Under the pieces are notes generated by a model. It was not told the origin of the DNA. It did no database searches and was given only the letters and a program-made list of their open reading frames with translations. Made by a program: the position numbers and the translations under genes. A DNA stretch of 64,000 nt, taken from NCBI GenBank assembly GCA_040767155.1, contig JAXGPC010000002.1, positions 806,863 to 870,862 of the forward strand. The letters are read 5' to 3'. Shown piece after piece: positions 52,324 through 60,621 of the stretch; the first letter of the stretch is position 1, and the number at the start of each line of letters is the position of its first letter. This stretch comes from Anaerolineae bacterium (GTDB lineage Bacteria > Chloroflexota > Anaerolineae > B4-G1 > SLSP01).

Positions 52324-53478
52324 TTACTGTATCCGCTTCCGGTACGTTCGCCAGCGTTTGTAGATGGTTGCGCCCATATGTTCCGCGATCAGGGGCGTCT
52401 GCGGGTTGTCCTCGGACGTGATCGACAGGTCAATCCACTGGTAGCCCTTGGCGCGTGCGCGCTGGGCCATCGTGTCGAAGAGCAGCGCTGCGACGCCCGT
52501 GCCCCAGTACTCGGGCTTCACCAGGACGCTCTTGATAGCCAGGCACGCCGGCTTATGCCCAAGCCGTGGGCGAATACCCAGATGCCACGCCGCTGCCGCG
52601 TAGTTCCTCGGGTAACGCAGGCCGTTGACGTGGATCAGGGCCTCGTTGAGATTGGGCACACCCGGCAGGAACCCAATGGTCTCCCCATTGGCATCTGCGA
52701 AGAGGATCAGGTCCATATCAGCGATCTCGCGGAATGGGGCAACGAGCGCCTCAACGGCGCTCCGGTGCCAGCCGACGAAGTCCTCCAGATGGGCCAACGC
52801 CGCATTGAGCAGCCCGTGCAAGCGGTCGACCTCGTCGTCCCAGTGATCCAGGTCGGGTCTGCGGATGACGAAGTCCCGATGCCGCCGCACGGCCTCGGCG
52901 AGACGTGCAAGGTGCTGCAGGGCGGGCGTCTGCTCGTGGATGTCGACGGCAAGCGCAATGTTGTCGGGCCGGCCCTTGGTGAAACCCAGGTGCTCCATCA
53001 TCGGCACGTAGTAGGGTGGGGTATGGCCACAGAGGAGTGTTGGAGGGCGGTCGCGCCCCTCGAGTAGAACGCCGTAGGCATCCTCGTAGTCAAGGTTGAA
53101 CGGTCCAAAGAGCACGTCCAGGCCGTGGTCACGCGCCCAGGTGCTGGCTGCGTCGATCAGGGCCTGTGCCACTGCGGGATCATCCACATAATCAAAGAAG
53201 CCGAAGACGCACTCGTGCCGACCGTTCTGCGCATTGGTGAAGCGATCCTCTGCAGCACAAATCGTGCCGACCGGTTCGCCGTCGCGCCACGCAACGAAGA
53301 GGTCGGCGATGCCACGCTTGAAGAAGGCGCCCCGGTCGGGATCGATCGTCTTCGCCCGCTCGGGGAGTAATGGTGGTACCCAGAGCGGATCGTCCCGGAA
53401 GATGCGCCAGGGGAAGGTGAGGAACGTGTGCCGGTCGCGGGCGGTCCGGACCGGGTGGACATCGATCGCTATGGGCAC
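52324..53478 (-). CDS. YghO-like tandem GNAT acyltransferase
   Basis: FPWRIFRDDPLWVPPL, FGFFD, GPFN, HTPPYY, PNLNEAL, VKPEYWGTGV, SEDN, IYKRWRTY. Start placed at GTG 53478 (uncertain). Confidence 0.8.
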   Translation of the reverse strand: MPIAIDVHPVRTARDRHTFLTFPWRIFRDDPLWVPPLLPERAKTIDPDRGAFFKRGIADLFVAWRDGEPVGTICAAEDRFTNAQNGRHECVFGFFDYVDDPAVAQALIDAASTWARDHGLDVLFGPFNLDYEDAYGVLLEGRDRPPTLLCGHTPPYYVPMMEHLGFTKGRPDNIALAVDIHEQTPALQHLARLAEAVRRHRDFVIRRPDLDHWDDEVDRLHGLLNAALAHLEDFVGWHRSAVEALVAPFREIADMDLILFADANGETIGFLPGVPNLNEALIHVNGLRYPRNYAAAAWHLGIRPRLGHKPACLAIKSVLVKPEYWGTGVAALLFDTMAQRARAKGYQWIDLSITSEDNPQTPLIAEHMGATIYKRWRTYRKRIQ

Positions 53479-53618
53479 ACCGCCTGACTGGGTTGCGGAG
53501 CGCGGTATCTGGCAGAGGTGGCACGGTTGAGGGCCCGTGTGGCAACACCAGGCCAGACGTGGCTGGTCCGGAGTGGGCGATGGATGGGTTGGGGCTGCGG
53601 CATCGGTGTTGTGTGCAT
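53469..53618 (-). CDS. Possible 49-aa small ORF overlapping the GNAT start
   Basis: Strong RBS GGGGAGG before ATG 53618; the stop overlaps the GNAT GTG; no recognisable family. Confidence 0.3.
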   Translation of the reverse strand: MHTTPMPQPQPIHRPLRTSHVWPGVATRALNRATSARYRAPQPSQAVCP

Positions 53619-53872
53619 CGGGCCTCCCCGGTTGTGGTCTTCGCGTCGGTGGTGCACCCAGTATACGTCCAGCTTCAAGTCGCACAAGATTCTGTGGCTG
53701 CCAGCGAAGCCTGGCGCCCTCGACGCCTCAGGTCGATGAGGCAACGTGCTGGGTGCACTCGCACCGAATGGTCGAGGCGGCAGCCTAGGCAGCGACCGTT
53801 TTCGATGTAGAATGCCTGAGGCGGCAGGACGAGAGCGCCCGTCGCGCCATTCCCACACGGAGACAGACAGCC

Positions 53873-55504
53873 ATGCAGACCCTGGACCTCACGAACATCA
53901 CGACCTATCCCATCGCCCAGCGGCGCAACCTCGTGCACCTCGGTGATTTGATCTCACCCGAAGCGCCGCCGCCTGATTTTGACTCCGAGGAGTTGCCTCG
54001 CGTCGCCGATGCGGTTGTTGCGGCGCGTCGCGCAGAACGTCCCGTCGTCTGGATGATGGGGGCGCATGTGGTCAAGAGCGGGCTGTCGCGCCTGGTCATC
54101 GACCTGATGGCGCGCGGGTTCATCACGCATGTGGCGGGCAACGGCGCCGTGTCAATCCACGATGTCGAGCTCGCGCTGATCGGTGCGACCAGCGAGGATG
54201 TCGCCACGAGCCTGGAGGATGGCACCTTCGGGATGGCTGACGAGACTGGGCGCTACATGCACCAGGCTCTGCGCGAGGGTGTTCGTGACGGTCTGGGCTA
54301 TGGGGCGTCGATCGGGCGCTTCATGGATGGCCATCCCGAGTTCTTCCCGTACCGCGAGGTCTCGATCCTCTGGAACGCGTACCGGTTGGGGATTCCCGCT
54401 ACAATCCACGTGACCATCGGGACCGATATCATCCACCAACACCCGGCTGCTGACTTCACGGTGCTCGGTACGGCAAGTGGGCGTGATTTCCTCTCCTTCT
54501 GTACATCGCTGAGCGACCTTGAGGGCGGTGTATTCCTGAACTTCGGCTCCGCTGTCACCGGTCCTGAGGTCTTTCTCAAGGCGCTGACGATTGTGCGGAA
54601 TCTCGGGTACACGGTAGCACGCATCACCACGGCGAACTTCGACCTCATCTCGTTGGGATCTGACTATCACAGCAAGATCGGCTACGCGGATCCGCTCTAC
54701 TACTACCGCCCGCGTAAGAACATCGTCAACCGTCCTGCCTCGCTCGGTGGGGTGGGGTACCACATCACGGGCGATCACGTCGTCACGATCCCCAATCTCC
54801 ACCATCGCGTGGTGGAGGCGCTGGGTAGCGTTCCTGTGGCGGTTCGGCAGGCGACGGCTGCGCCGGTCAGTGGAGCCGCGCAGCGCGTGCTGGACGACCT
54901 GTTGGACAGGCATCCGGAGCTCGAGACCCTCCGCACCGATCTCGTCCGTGCCTATGCCGAGTTCGCCCGCTGCTTTCGCAGTGGAGGCACACTCTATCTC
55001 TGCGGCAACGGCGGGAGTATGGCCGATGCGCTGCACATCTCGGGCGAGCTGCTCAAGTCCTATGCGCATCCTCGGGCGCTGCCAGAATCGCTAGCCCGCG
55101 GCCTGGCGGAGCAGCCCGATGGCAAGCTCTTGCTACGCAGCCTCGAGGGGGGGCTGAGGGCCGTTGTGCTCGGCGCGAACGTCGCGCTTGCCAGTGCCGT
55201 GGCCAACGATCGGCCCGACCGCGATGTCGGGTTGGCCCAGGAGCTTGCGACACTGGCCCGACCTGGCGATGTGCTGCTTGCGATCAGCACGAGCGGCAAC
55301 GCGCGCAACGTTGCTTACGCCATGCAGGTGGCACGGGCGACCGGCGTCACAACGGTAGGCTTGACGGGCGCCGGTGGCGGTCGTCTCGCGGGCCTCGCCG
55401 ACATCGTTGTGCGCGTGCCGGCCGAGCGCACCGACCGCATCCAGGAGCTACACGTACTCTGCTACCATGCGCTCTGCGAGATGCTCGAAGTGGCGCTGTT
55501 CTGA
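53873..55504 (+). CDS. Fusion: deoxyhypusine-synthase-like (GSU2086-type) domain + GmhA-like SIS phosphosugar isomerase
   Basis: N-part MGAHVVK, NGAVSIHD, TSEDV, FGMADETG, IGTDIIHQHP, NFGSAVTGPEVFLKAL. C-part CGNGGSMADALHISGEL, GDVLLAISTSGN, GLTG, TDRIQELH. Confidence 0.85.
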   Translation: MQTLDLTNITTYPIAQRRNLVHLGDLISPEAPPPDFDSEELPRVADAVVAARRAERPVVWMMGAHVVKSGLSRLVIDLMARGFITHVAGNGAVSIHDVELALIGATSEDVATSLEDGTFGMADETGRYMHQALREGVRDGLGYGASIGRFMDGHPEFFPYREVSILWNAYRLGIPATIHVTIGTDIIHQHPAADFTVLGTASGRDFLSFCTSLSDLEGGVFLNFGSAVTGPEVFLKALTIVRNLGYTVARITTANFDLISLGSDYHSKIGYADPLYYYRPRKNIVNRPASLGGVGYHITGDHVVTIPNLHHRVVEALGSVPVAVRQATAAPVSGAAQRVLDDLLDRHPELETLRTDLVRAYAEFARCFRSGGTLYLCGNGGSMADALHISGELLKSYAHPRALPESLARGLAEQPDGKLLLRSLEGGLRAVVLGANVALASAVANDRPDRDVGLAQELATLARPGDVLLAISTSGNARNVAYAMQVARATGVTTVGLTGAGGGRLAGLADIVVRVPAERTDRIQELHVLCYHALCEMLEVALF

Positions 55505-55519
55505 ACGTTGGACGGGCAC

Positions 55520-55560
55520 GCGATCAGAATCGGGCGATCAGAATCGGGCGATCAGAATCG
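55520..55560. repeat. 14-bp perfect tandem repeat (~2.9 copies)
   Basis: GCGATCAGAATCGG x2 + GCGATCAGAATCG, intergenic inside the operon. Confidence 0.92.
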
Positions 55561-55605
55561 ACGCAGAGGGCGAACACGACGGTTCGCCCCACGGACTGAG
55601 GACCT

Positions 55606-56655
55606 ATGTGTCTTGCTGAATGCCTTTCGGCTTCGCGACTGACGGAGTTGCTCCAGCGCGCGCAGACGGCCAGGGTGGGCGTCATGGGCGATCTGGCGCT
55701 GGACGGCTACTGGACTGCCGACATGACGCGGTCGTTGCTCTCACGGGAGACGCCGCGTTTCCCGCGGCCCATCGTGAACGAGCGCTATGCTCCCGGTGCC
55801 GGCGGCAACGTCGCCCAGAACCTTAGCGCCCTGGGCGTGGCGGAGGTTCACGCCTTTTCGGTGCTGGGAGAGGACTGGCGTGGCGAGATCCTGCGGCGTG
55901 AGTTGGCGGCCCGCTCGGTCGCGGTGGCGGCCTGTCTCCGGTCGGCGCGACGCAGCACGCCGACCTATATCAAGCCGGTGCTTGTGGGGTACGAGGCACA
56001 GCAAGAGGATTCGCGCCTCGACTTCGAGAACCCTGAACCACTGGACCGGGACCTGGAGGATGCGCTGATCGCCGAGGTGGCGTCGGCAGTCGGTCAGCTC
56101 GATGCGCTCGTAGTAGCCGACCAGTTTGAGGTCAACGGCGTGGTCACCGATCGCGTCCGCGAGGCGCTGATTGCGATGGCCCAGGAACACGCCCGGACTG
56201 TTTTCGTCGTCGACTCCCGCCGGCGCATTGCGGACTTCCGAGGAATGGTGCTCAAACCTAACTGGGTCGAGGCGACCCGCGCGCTCGACCCGCAGGGCAA
56301 GCCACGAAGTGACACTCCATGCCTGGACGAGGTCGGTGTCGTGGCACGTGCCCTTTCCGAGCAGGCCCGGCGACCGGTTTGTGTGACACTTGGGGGTGCA
56401 GGGGCGTTCGTGTGGGACGGCGGGCCTGTCTTCGTACCCGCGGCGCCCGTCCGTCCACCCCTTGATCCTGTCGGTGCCGGTGATGCGTTCGTGGCTGCGC
56501 TGGCGACGGGCCTGGGCTGTGGTGCCACGCCTCGAGAGGCTGCGGCGTTCGCCAACCTTGCTGCCGCCGTGACGGTGGAGAAGCTGGGCGAGACGGGAAC
56601 GGCAACGCCGGATGAGATCCGGGCCCGCTACGCGCTCGCAGAGGCGATGCGATGA
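55606..56655 (+). CDS. PfkB-family carbohydrate kinase, HldE/RfaE kinase-domain-like
   Basis: VGVMGDLALDGY, SRETP, PGAGGNVAQNL, VVDSR, KPNWVE, DPVGAGDAF, ANLAAAVTVEKLG. Confidence 0.87.
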   Translation: MCLAECLSASRLTELLQRAQTARVGVMGDLALDGYWTADMTRSLLSRETPRFPRPIVNERYAPGAGGNVAQNLSALGVAEVHAFSVLGEDWRGEILRRELAARSVAVAACLRSARRSTPTYIKPVLVGYEAQQEDSRLDFENPEPLDRDLEDALIAEVASAVGQLDALVVADQFEVNGVVTDRVREALIAMAQEHARTVFVVDSRRRIADFRGMVLKPNWVEATRALDPQGKPRSDTPCLDEVGVVARALSEQARRPVCVTLGGAGAFVWDGGPVFVPAAPVRPPLDPVGAGDAFVAALATGLGCGATPREAAAFANLAAAVTVEKLGETGTATPDEIRARYALAEAMR

Positions 56656-57524
56656 GCGGCTTCAGGGATGCTGGCTCCCTCCTTGGTGGCCTGGAGTGGG
56701 TAGAGGTTGCCAATCCCGGGGCGCGGTTGGGTGCCGTTCGTCACGCTGTCTTCGACTTCGATGGAACCCTCTCCGTCATCCGTCGTGGGTGGGAACAGGT
56801 GATGATTCCCCTGATGGTCGAGATGATCTGCGATGGCCGTCCGGCCCCGGCGGGACTCGAAGGCGAGGTCGCCGACTACGTCGACCGCTCGACCGGCATC
56901 CTGACCATCAAGCAGATGATGTGGCTCGAGTCGGCGGTGCGGCGCTATGGGCTGGCGGCGGCGCCTCTGACGGCGCGAGCGTATAAGAAGATCTACAACG
57001 AACGGCTGCTCGGACCTGTGCGCCGGCGCCTGGCCCAGCTCGATGGCAGCCAAGAAGCGCGCGACGCGCTCGCCGTTGCCGGGGCCCGTAGCTTCGTTCA
57101 GGCGCTCGACGATCGGGGTGTTGTTCTCTACCTGGCCAGTGGCACCGACCATGGCTATGTGGTCGAGGAGGCAGAGGCGCTCGGGATTGCTTCTCACTTC
57201 GAGGGGCGGATCTACGGCGCGATGGACGACACCGAGGCCTACTCCAAGGAGCGCATCATCGCACGCATTCTGGCCGACCATGGTCTCGAAGGCGAGGCGT
57301 TGCTTGTCGTGGGCGATGGCCCTGTCGAGATCCGGCACGCCAGGGAGCACGGTGCCGTCGCCCTGGGTGTCGCAGTGGACGAGGATCGTCGTCAGGGGCT
57401 GAACCGTCGCAAGCGCGAACGGCTGCTGGCGGCGGGGGCCGATCTGATCGTGACCGATTTCCTGCACTACGGTGCGTTGGCTGAGGCACTCTGCAGCGCG
57501 GCTGTAGGGGCACATACCGACTGA
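56652..57524 (+). CDS. HAD-superfamily hydrolase
   Basis: FDFDGTLS (motif I), LASGT (II), SK (III), VGDGPVE (IV); ATGA coupling. Confidence 0.88.
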   Translation: MSGFRDAGSLLGGLEWVEVANPGARLGAVRHAVFDFDGTLSVIRRGWEQVMIPLMVEMICDGRPAPAGLEGEVADYVDRSTGILTIKQMMWLESAVRRYGLAAAPLTARAYKKIYNERLLGPVRRRLAQLDGSQEARDALAVAGARSFVQALDDRGVVLYLASGTDHGYVVEEAEALGIASHFEGRIYGAMDDTEAYSKERIIARILADHGLEGEALLVVGDGPVEIRHAREHGAVALGVAVDEDRRQGLNRRKRERLLAAGADLIVTDFLHYGALAEALCSAAVGAHTD

Positions 57525-57537
57525 AACGGGAGGAGCG

Positions 57538-59592
57538 ATGGCCACCAAGACCGTACACGTAGTCTTCAAGACACACCTCGATGTGGGATTCACCGACCTT
57601 GCGGCAAATGTCGTGAGGCAGTACTTTGAGTCGTTCATCCCGGGTGCCTTGGCCTTGGCTGAGACTATGCGCGAGAACTCGTCTGGCAGCCGCTTCGTCT
57701 GGACGACGGGCTCGTGGCTCATCTATGAGTACCTGGAGCAGGCGGGGCCAGCCGAGCGCAGACGCATGGACAAAGCGATCGCAATGGGGGATATCGCGTG
57801 GCATGCGCTGCCTTTCACCACGGCGTCCGAGGGAATGAGCGCTGACCTTTTCCGGTTCGGCCTGTCGCTCAGCCGGCGCCTCGACGCCCGGTATGGACGT
57901 AAGACGATCGCTGCCAAAATGACCGATGTGCCGGGCCACACGCGGGCGATTGTGCCACTCCTGGCGGAGGCCGGCGTGCGTTTCCTGCACATCGGCGTCA
58001 ATCCGGCCTCGTCGGCTCCGGACGTTCCCCCCGCCTTTGTGTGGCGCTCGCCTGAGGGGGCCGAGATCGTCGTGCTTTACTCGGCGGGCAGCTATGGCAC
58101 ACTGCATGTGGTTGAGGGGCTGGAAGACGTCCTCTTCCTCGCGCACACCAACGACAACCTGGGGCCACCGCCCGTCGACCACATCGTCGCGATTTTCGAG
58201 CAGATGGCGGCGCAATTCCCCGGTGCCGAGGTCCGGGCATCGACCCTTGATGCTTTTGCCCGGGCGATTTGGCCCGCGCGGGCTGCACTCCCTGTCGTCA
58301 CAGCCGAACTGGGCGACACCTGGGTCTACGGCCTGGGCTCGGATCCGCACAAGGTGTCGCAGTACCGCGAGCTCCTGCGGTTGCGTGAGCGGTGGCTGGC
58401 CGGGGGTGTCGAGCCTGAGAGCCTGGATGTGTTCACGCGGCACCTGCTTCTGATCCCGGAGCACACCTGGGGGCTCGACGAGAAGACCCATCTGGGCGAC
58501 TATGTGGCCTATGCGCCCGCAGACCTCGCGCGCGCCCGGGCGCAGGACGTTGTCGGCGAGGATGTCATTCCTCCAGAGCTGGAAGCCTTCGCCCGCTTCG
58601 TGAAGCCTGGCAACACGTACAGCCACTTCGCATCTTCGTGGCAGGAACAACGCGCCTACATCACCAGGGCCGTCGCGAGCCTCGACGCCGCGAGGCACGA
58701 CGAAGCGCAAGCGGCCCTTGATGCGCTCGTGCCCGCTGTGCCATCGCGCGAAGGTTATGCCGCGTTCGACCCGACCGCCCCCCTCGACGCCTCGGCCTAC
58801 ACGGTCGCGGTCGATCCGGCAACGGGTAGCATCGTCCGTCTCGATGACAAGGTTCGGGGCAACGCGTGGGCCACGCGCGAGCACACGATCGGGCTGTTCA
58901 GGTATGAGAGCTTCGGGCAGGAGGATTACGACCGCTGGATGCGCGACTACGCCATCAATCTCGATCTGCACGGACTTTGGGCCCATGCGGACTACGTTAA
59001 GCCAGGCATCGATGCGGTGCGCCCGCGCCCCGAGCACCGGTTCTACGCGCCCGACCTGGTCTGGGCCGGCTTCAAGAGGGACGGCGATGCGCTGGACGTG
59101 CTCCTCGAGTTGCGGATGCCCGGCGCCTGCGTGGAGGTCCTGGGGGCGCCCCGCAGAGCGACTGTTGAGTATCGCTTCCTGAGCGACCGCATCGAGGTCC
59201 GTCTCCAGTGGTTCGACAAGCAGGCGACGCGGTTACCGGAGGCGCTATGGTTCTCGTTCAATCCCGTGATCGGTGATCCGGAGGGTTGGAAGCTCGACAA
59301 GATGGGCCAGTGGGTCTCACCTCTGGAAGTCGTGCGTGGCGGCGGGCGTTTCTTACACGCCGTGCAGAGCGGTGCCCGCGTTGAGGATGAGGATGGTACG
59401 GTGTCCTTCGCCTTCGAGAGCCTGGATGCACCGCTCGTCGCCCCTGGTCTGCCGCGGCTGCTTCACGCCGACGACGTCCAGCCGCAACTCGCCTACGGGA
59501 TGCACGTGCTCCTGTACGACAACCTATGGGGGACGAACTTCCCGATGTGGTATGAAGAGGATGCCGCGTTCAGATTCGTGCTGCGTTTCTAG
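57538..59592 (+). CDS. DUF5054-like protein (GH38/GH57-type N-terminal barrel; putative glycosidase)
   Basis: VFKTHLDVGFTD, FVWTTGSW, WHALPF, MTDVPGH, ELGDTW, EHTWG, RLPEALWFSF, NLWGTNFPMW. Confidence 0.78.
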   Translation: MATKTVHVVFKTHLDVGFTDLAANVVRQYFESFIPGALALAETMRENSSGSRFVWTTGSWLIYEYLEQAGPAERRRMDKAIAMGDIAWHALPFTTASEGMSADLFRFGLSLSRRLDARYGRKTIAAKMTDVPGHTRAIVPLLAEAGVRFLHIGVNPASSAPDVPPAFVWRSPEGAEIVVLYSAGSYGTLHVVEGLEDVLFLAHTNDNLGPPPVDHIVAIFEQMAAQFPGAEVRASTLDAFARAIWPARAALPVVTAELGDTWVYGLGSDPHKVSQYRELLRLRERWLAGGVEPESLDVFTRHLLLIPEHTWGLDEKTHLGDYVAYAPADLARARAQDVVGEDVIPPELEAFARFVKPGNTYSHFASSWQEQRAYITRAVASLDAARHDEAQAALDALVPAVPSREGYAAFDPTAPLDASAYTVAVDPATGSIVRLDDKVRGNAWATREHTIGLFRYESFGQEDYDRWMRDYAINLDLHGLWAHADYVKPGIDAVRPRPEHRFYAPDLVWAGFKRDGDALDVLLELRMPGACVEVLGAPRRATVEYRFLSDRIEVRLQWFDKQATRLPEALWFSFNPVIGDPEGWKLDKMGQWVSPLEVVRGGGRFLHAVQSGARVEDEDGTVSFAFESLDAPLVAPGLPRLLHADDVQPQLAYGMHVLLYDNLWGTNFPMWYEEDAAFRFVLRF

Positions 59593-60602
59593 ACGCGCTT
59601 GAGCGCACTGAAGCGGACGAGCTGGCCCTGGGCCTCATCATACAGCGCTAGCCCCAGGCACTTCAGGCTGCTCACCAGTGTGAGCGGTTTCACCCTCTGT
59701 AGTGCGGGGATGTCATCGTACGCAGCCTGCAGGTTGTAGTTGGGGATCGTCGCGCGCAGATGGTGGATGTGGTGCAGGCCAATGTCGCCCGTGAACCATT
59801 GCAGGACACCGGGTAGCTTGTAGTACGAGCTACCCTCGATGGCTGCACGCGTGCGGTCCCAGGACTCGTTCCTTGCCCAGTATACGCCTTCGAACTGGTG
59901 CTGAACGTAGAAGAGCCAGATACCGAGCATCGCCGCGATCAGGATCACGGGCATTTGGATGAGCAAATACGTCCGCAGCCCCATGGTGCTCCAGGCGATG
60001 ACCAGGATCGCGAGCAGCGCCACGTTGGTCAGAGCAACGCTGATATGCTCTCTACGCCCAGCACCCTTGCGTGCAAACCGCTGGCTGAGCACGAAGCTGA
60101 AGAGCGGACCGAGTCCGAACATGACCAAGGGGTGGCGGAAGGCGCGGTAACCCCAACGCTTCCACCAGGGGGCCGCACGATACTCCTCAACTGTCATCGT
60201 ATAGACGTTACCTGATCCGCGTCGATCGAGGTTGCCCACCGTGGTATGGTGACGGGCGTGCGAGAGCCGCCACGGCTCGTAAGGTGTGAACGTGAGTATC
60301 CCGGTGATCGTGCCCAAAATCTGGTTGGCTCGTCTGGTGGCGAAGAAGGATCCGTGACAGCAGTCGTGGAAGATGATGAAGGTGCGGATGACAAACCCCG
60401 CAGCCACGAAGGCGAGCGCAAGGGTCAGGACGTACGGTAGGTTCGACTGCATCAGCGCGAGCATCGCGGCCCAGAGCAGCAGGTAGGGCCCAATGCTTGT
60501 CACGATCTGCCAGATCGCTTTCTTCCGATCGGGCCTCGCATATGCTGCGAGTGTTCGTACCCAGGTGGACCCGGTTGTATCCTGTGCCTCACCGGCTGTC
60601 AT
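59589..60602 (-). CDS. Membrane fatty acid desaturase (Bacillus Des-like)
   Basis: Three His boxes HDCCH, HARHH, HHIHH; WLFYVQHQFE; IPNYNL. Start ATG 60602 (uncertain). Confidence 0.9.
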   Translation of the reverse strand: MTAGEAQDTTGSTWVRTLAAYARPDRKKAIWQIVTSIGPYLLLWAAMLALMQSNLPYVLTLALAFVAAGFVIRTFIIFHDCCHGSFFATRRANQILGTITGILTFTPYEPWRLSHARHHTTVGNLDRRGSGNVYTMTVEEYRAAPWWKRWGYRAFRHPLVMFGLGPLFSFVLSQRFARKGAGRREHISVALTNVALLAILVIAWSTMGLRTYLLIQMPVILIAAMLGIWLFYVQHQFEGVYWARNESWDRTRAAIEGSSYYKLPGVLQWFTGDIGLHHIHHLRATIPNYNLQAAYDDIPALQRVKPLTLVSSLKCLGLALYDEAQGQLVRFSALKRV

Positions 60603-60621
60603 AGTACCCGTCTGCGGTCTC

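Noticed and set aside
55520-55560. Short repeats as a CRISPR array (also 37241-37288 and 22748-22799)
   Set aside because: Units are directly adjacent with no spacers, are too short, and no cas genes are present.
57256-59037. 593-aa minus-strand ORF antisense to the HAD/DUF5054 genes
   Set aside because: Antisense shadow; the plus-strand frames carry the conserved motifs and RBSs.
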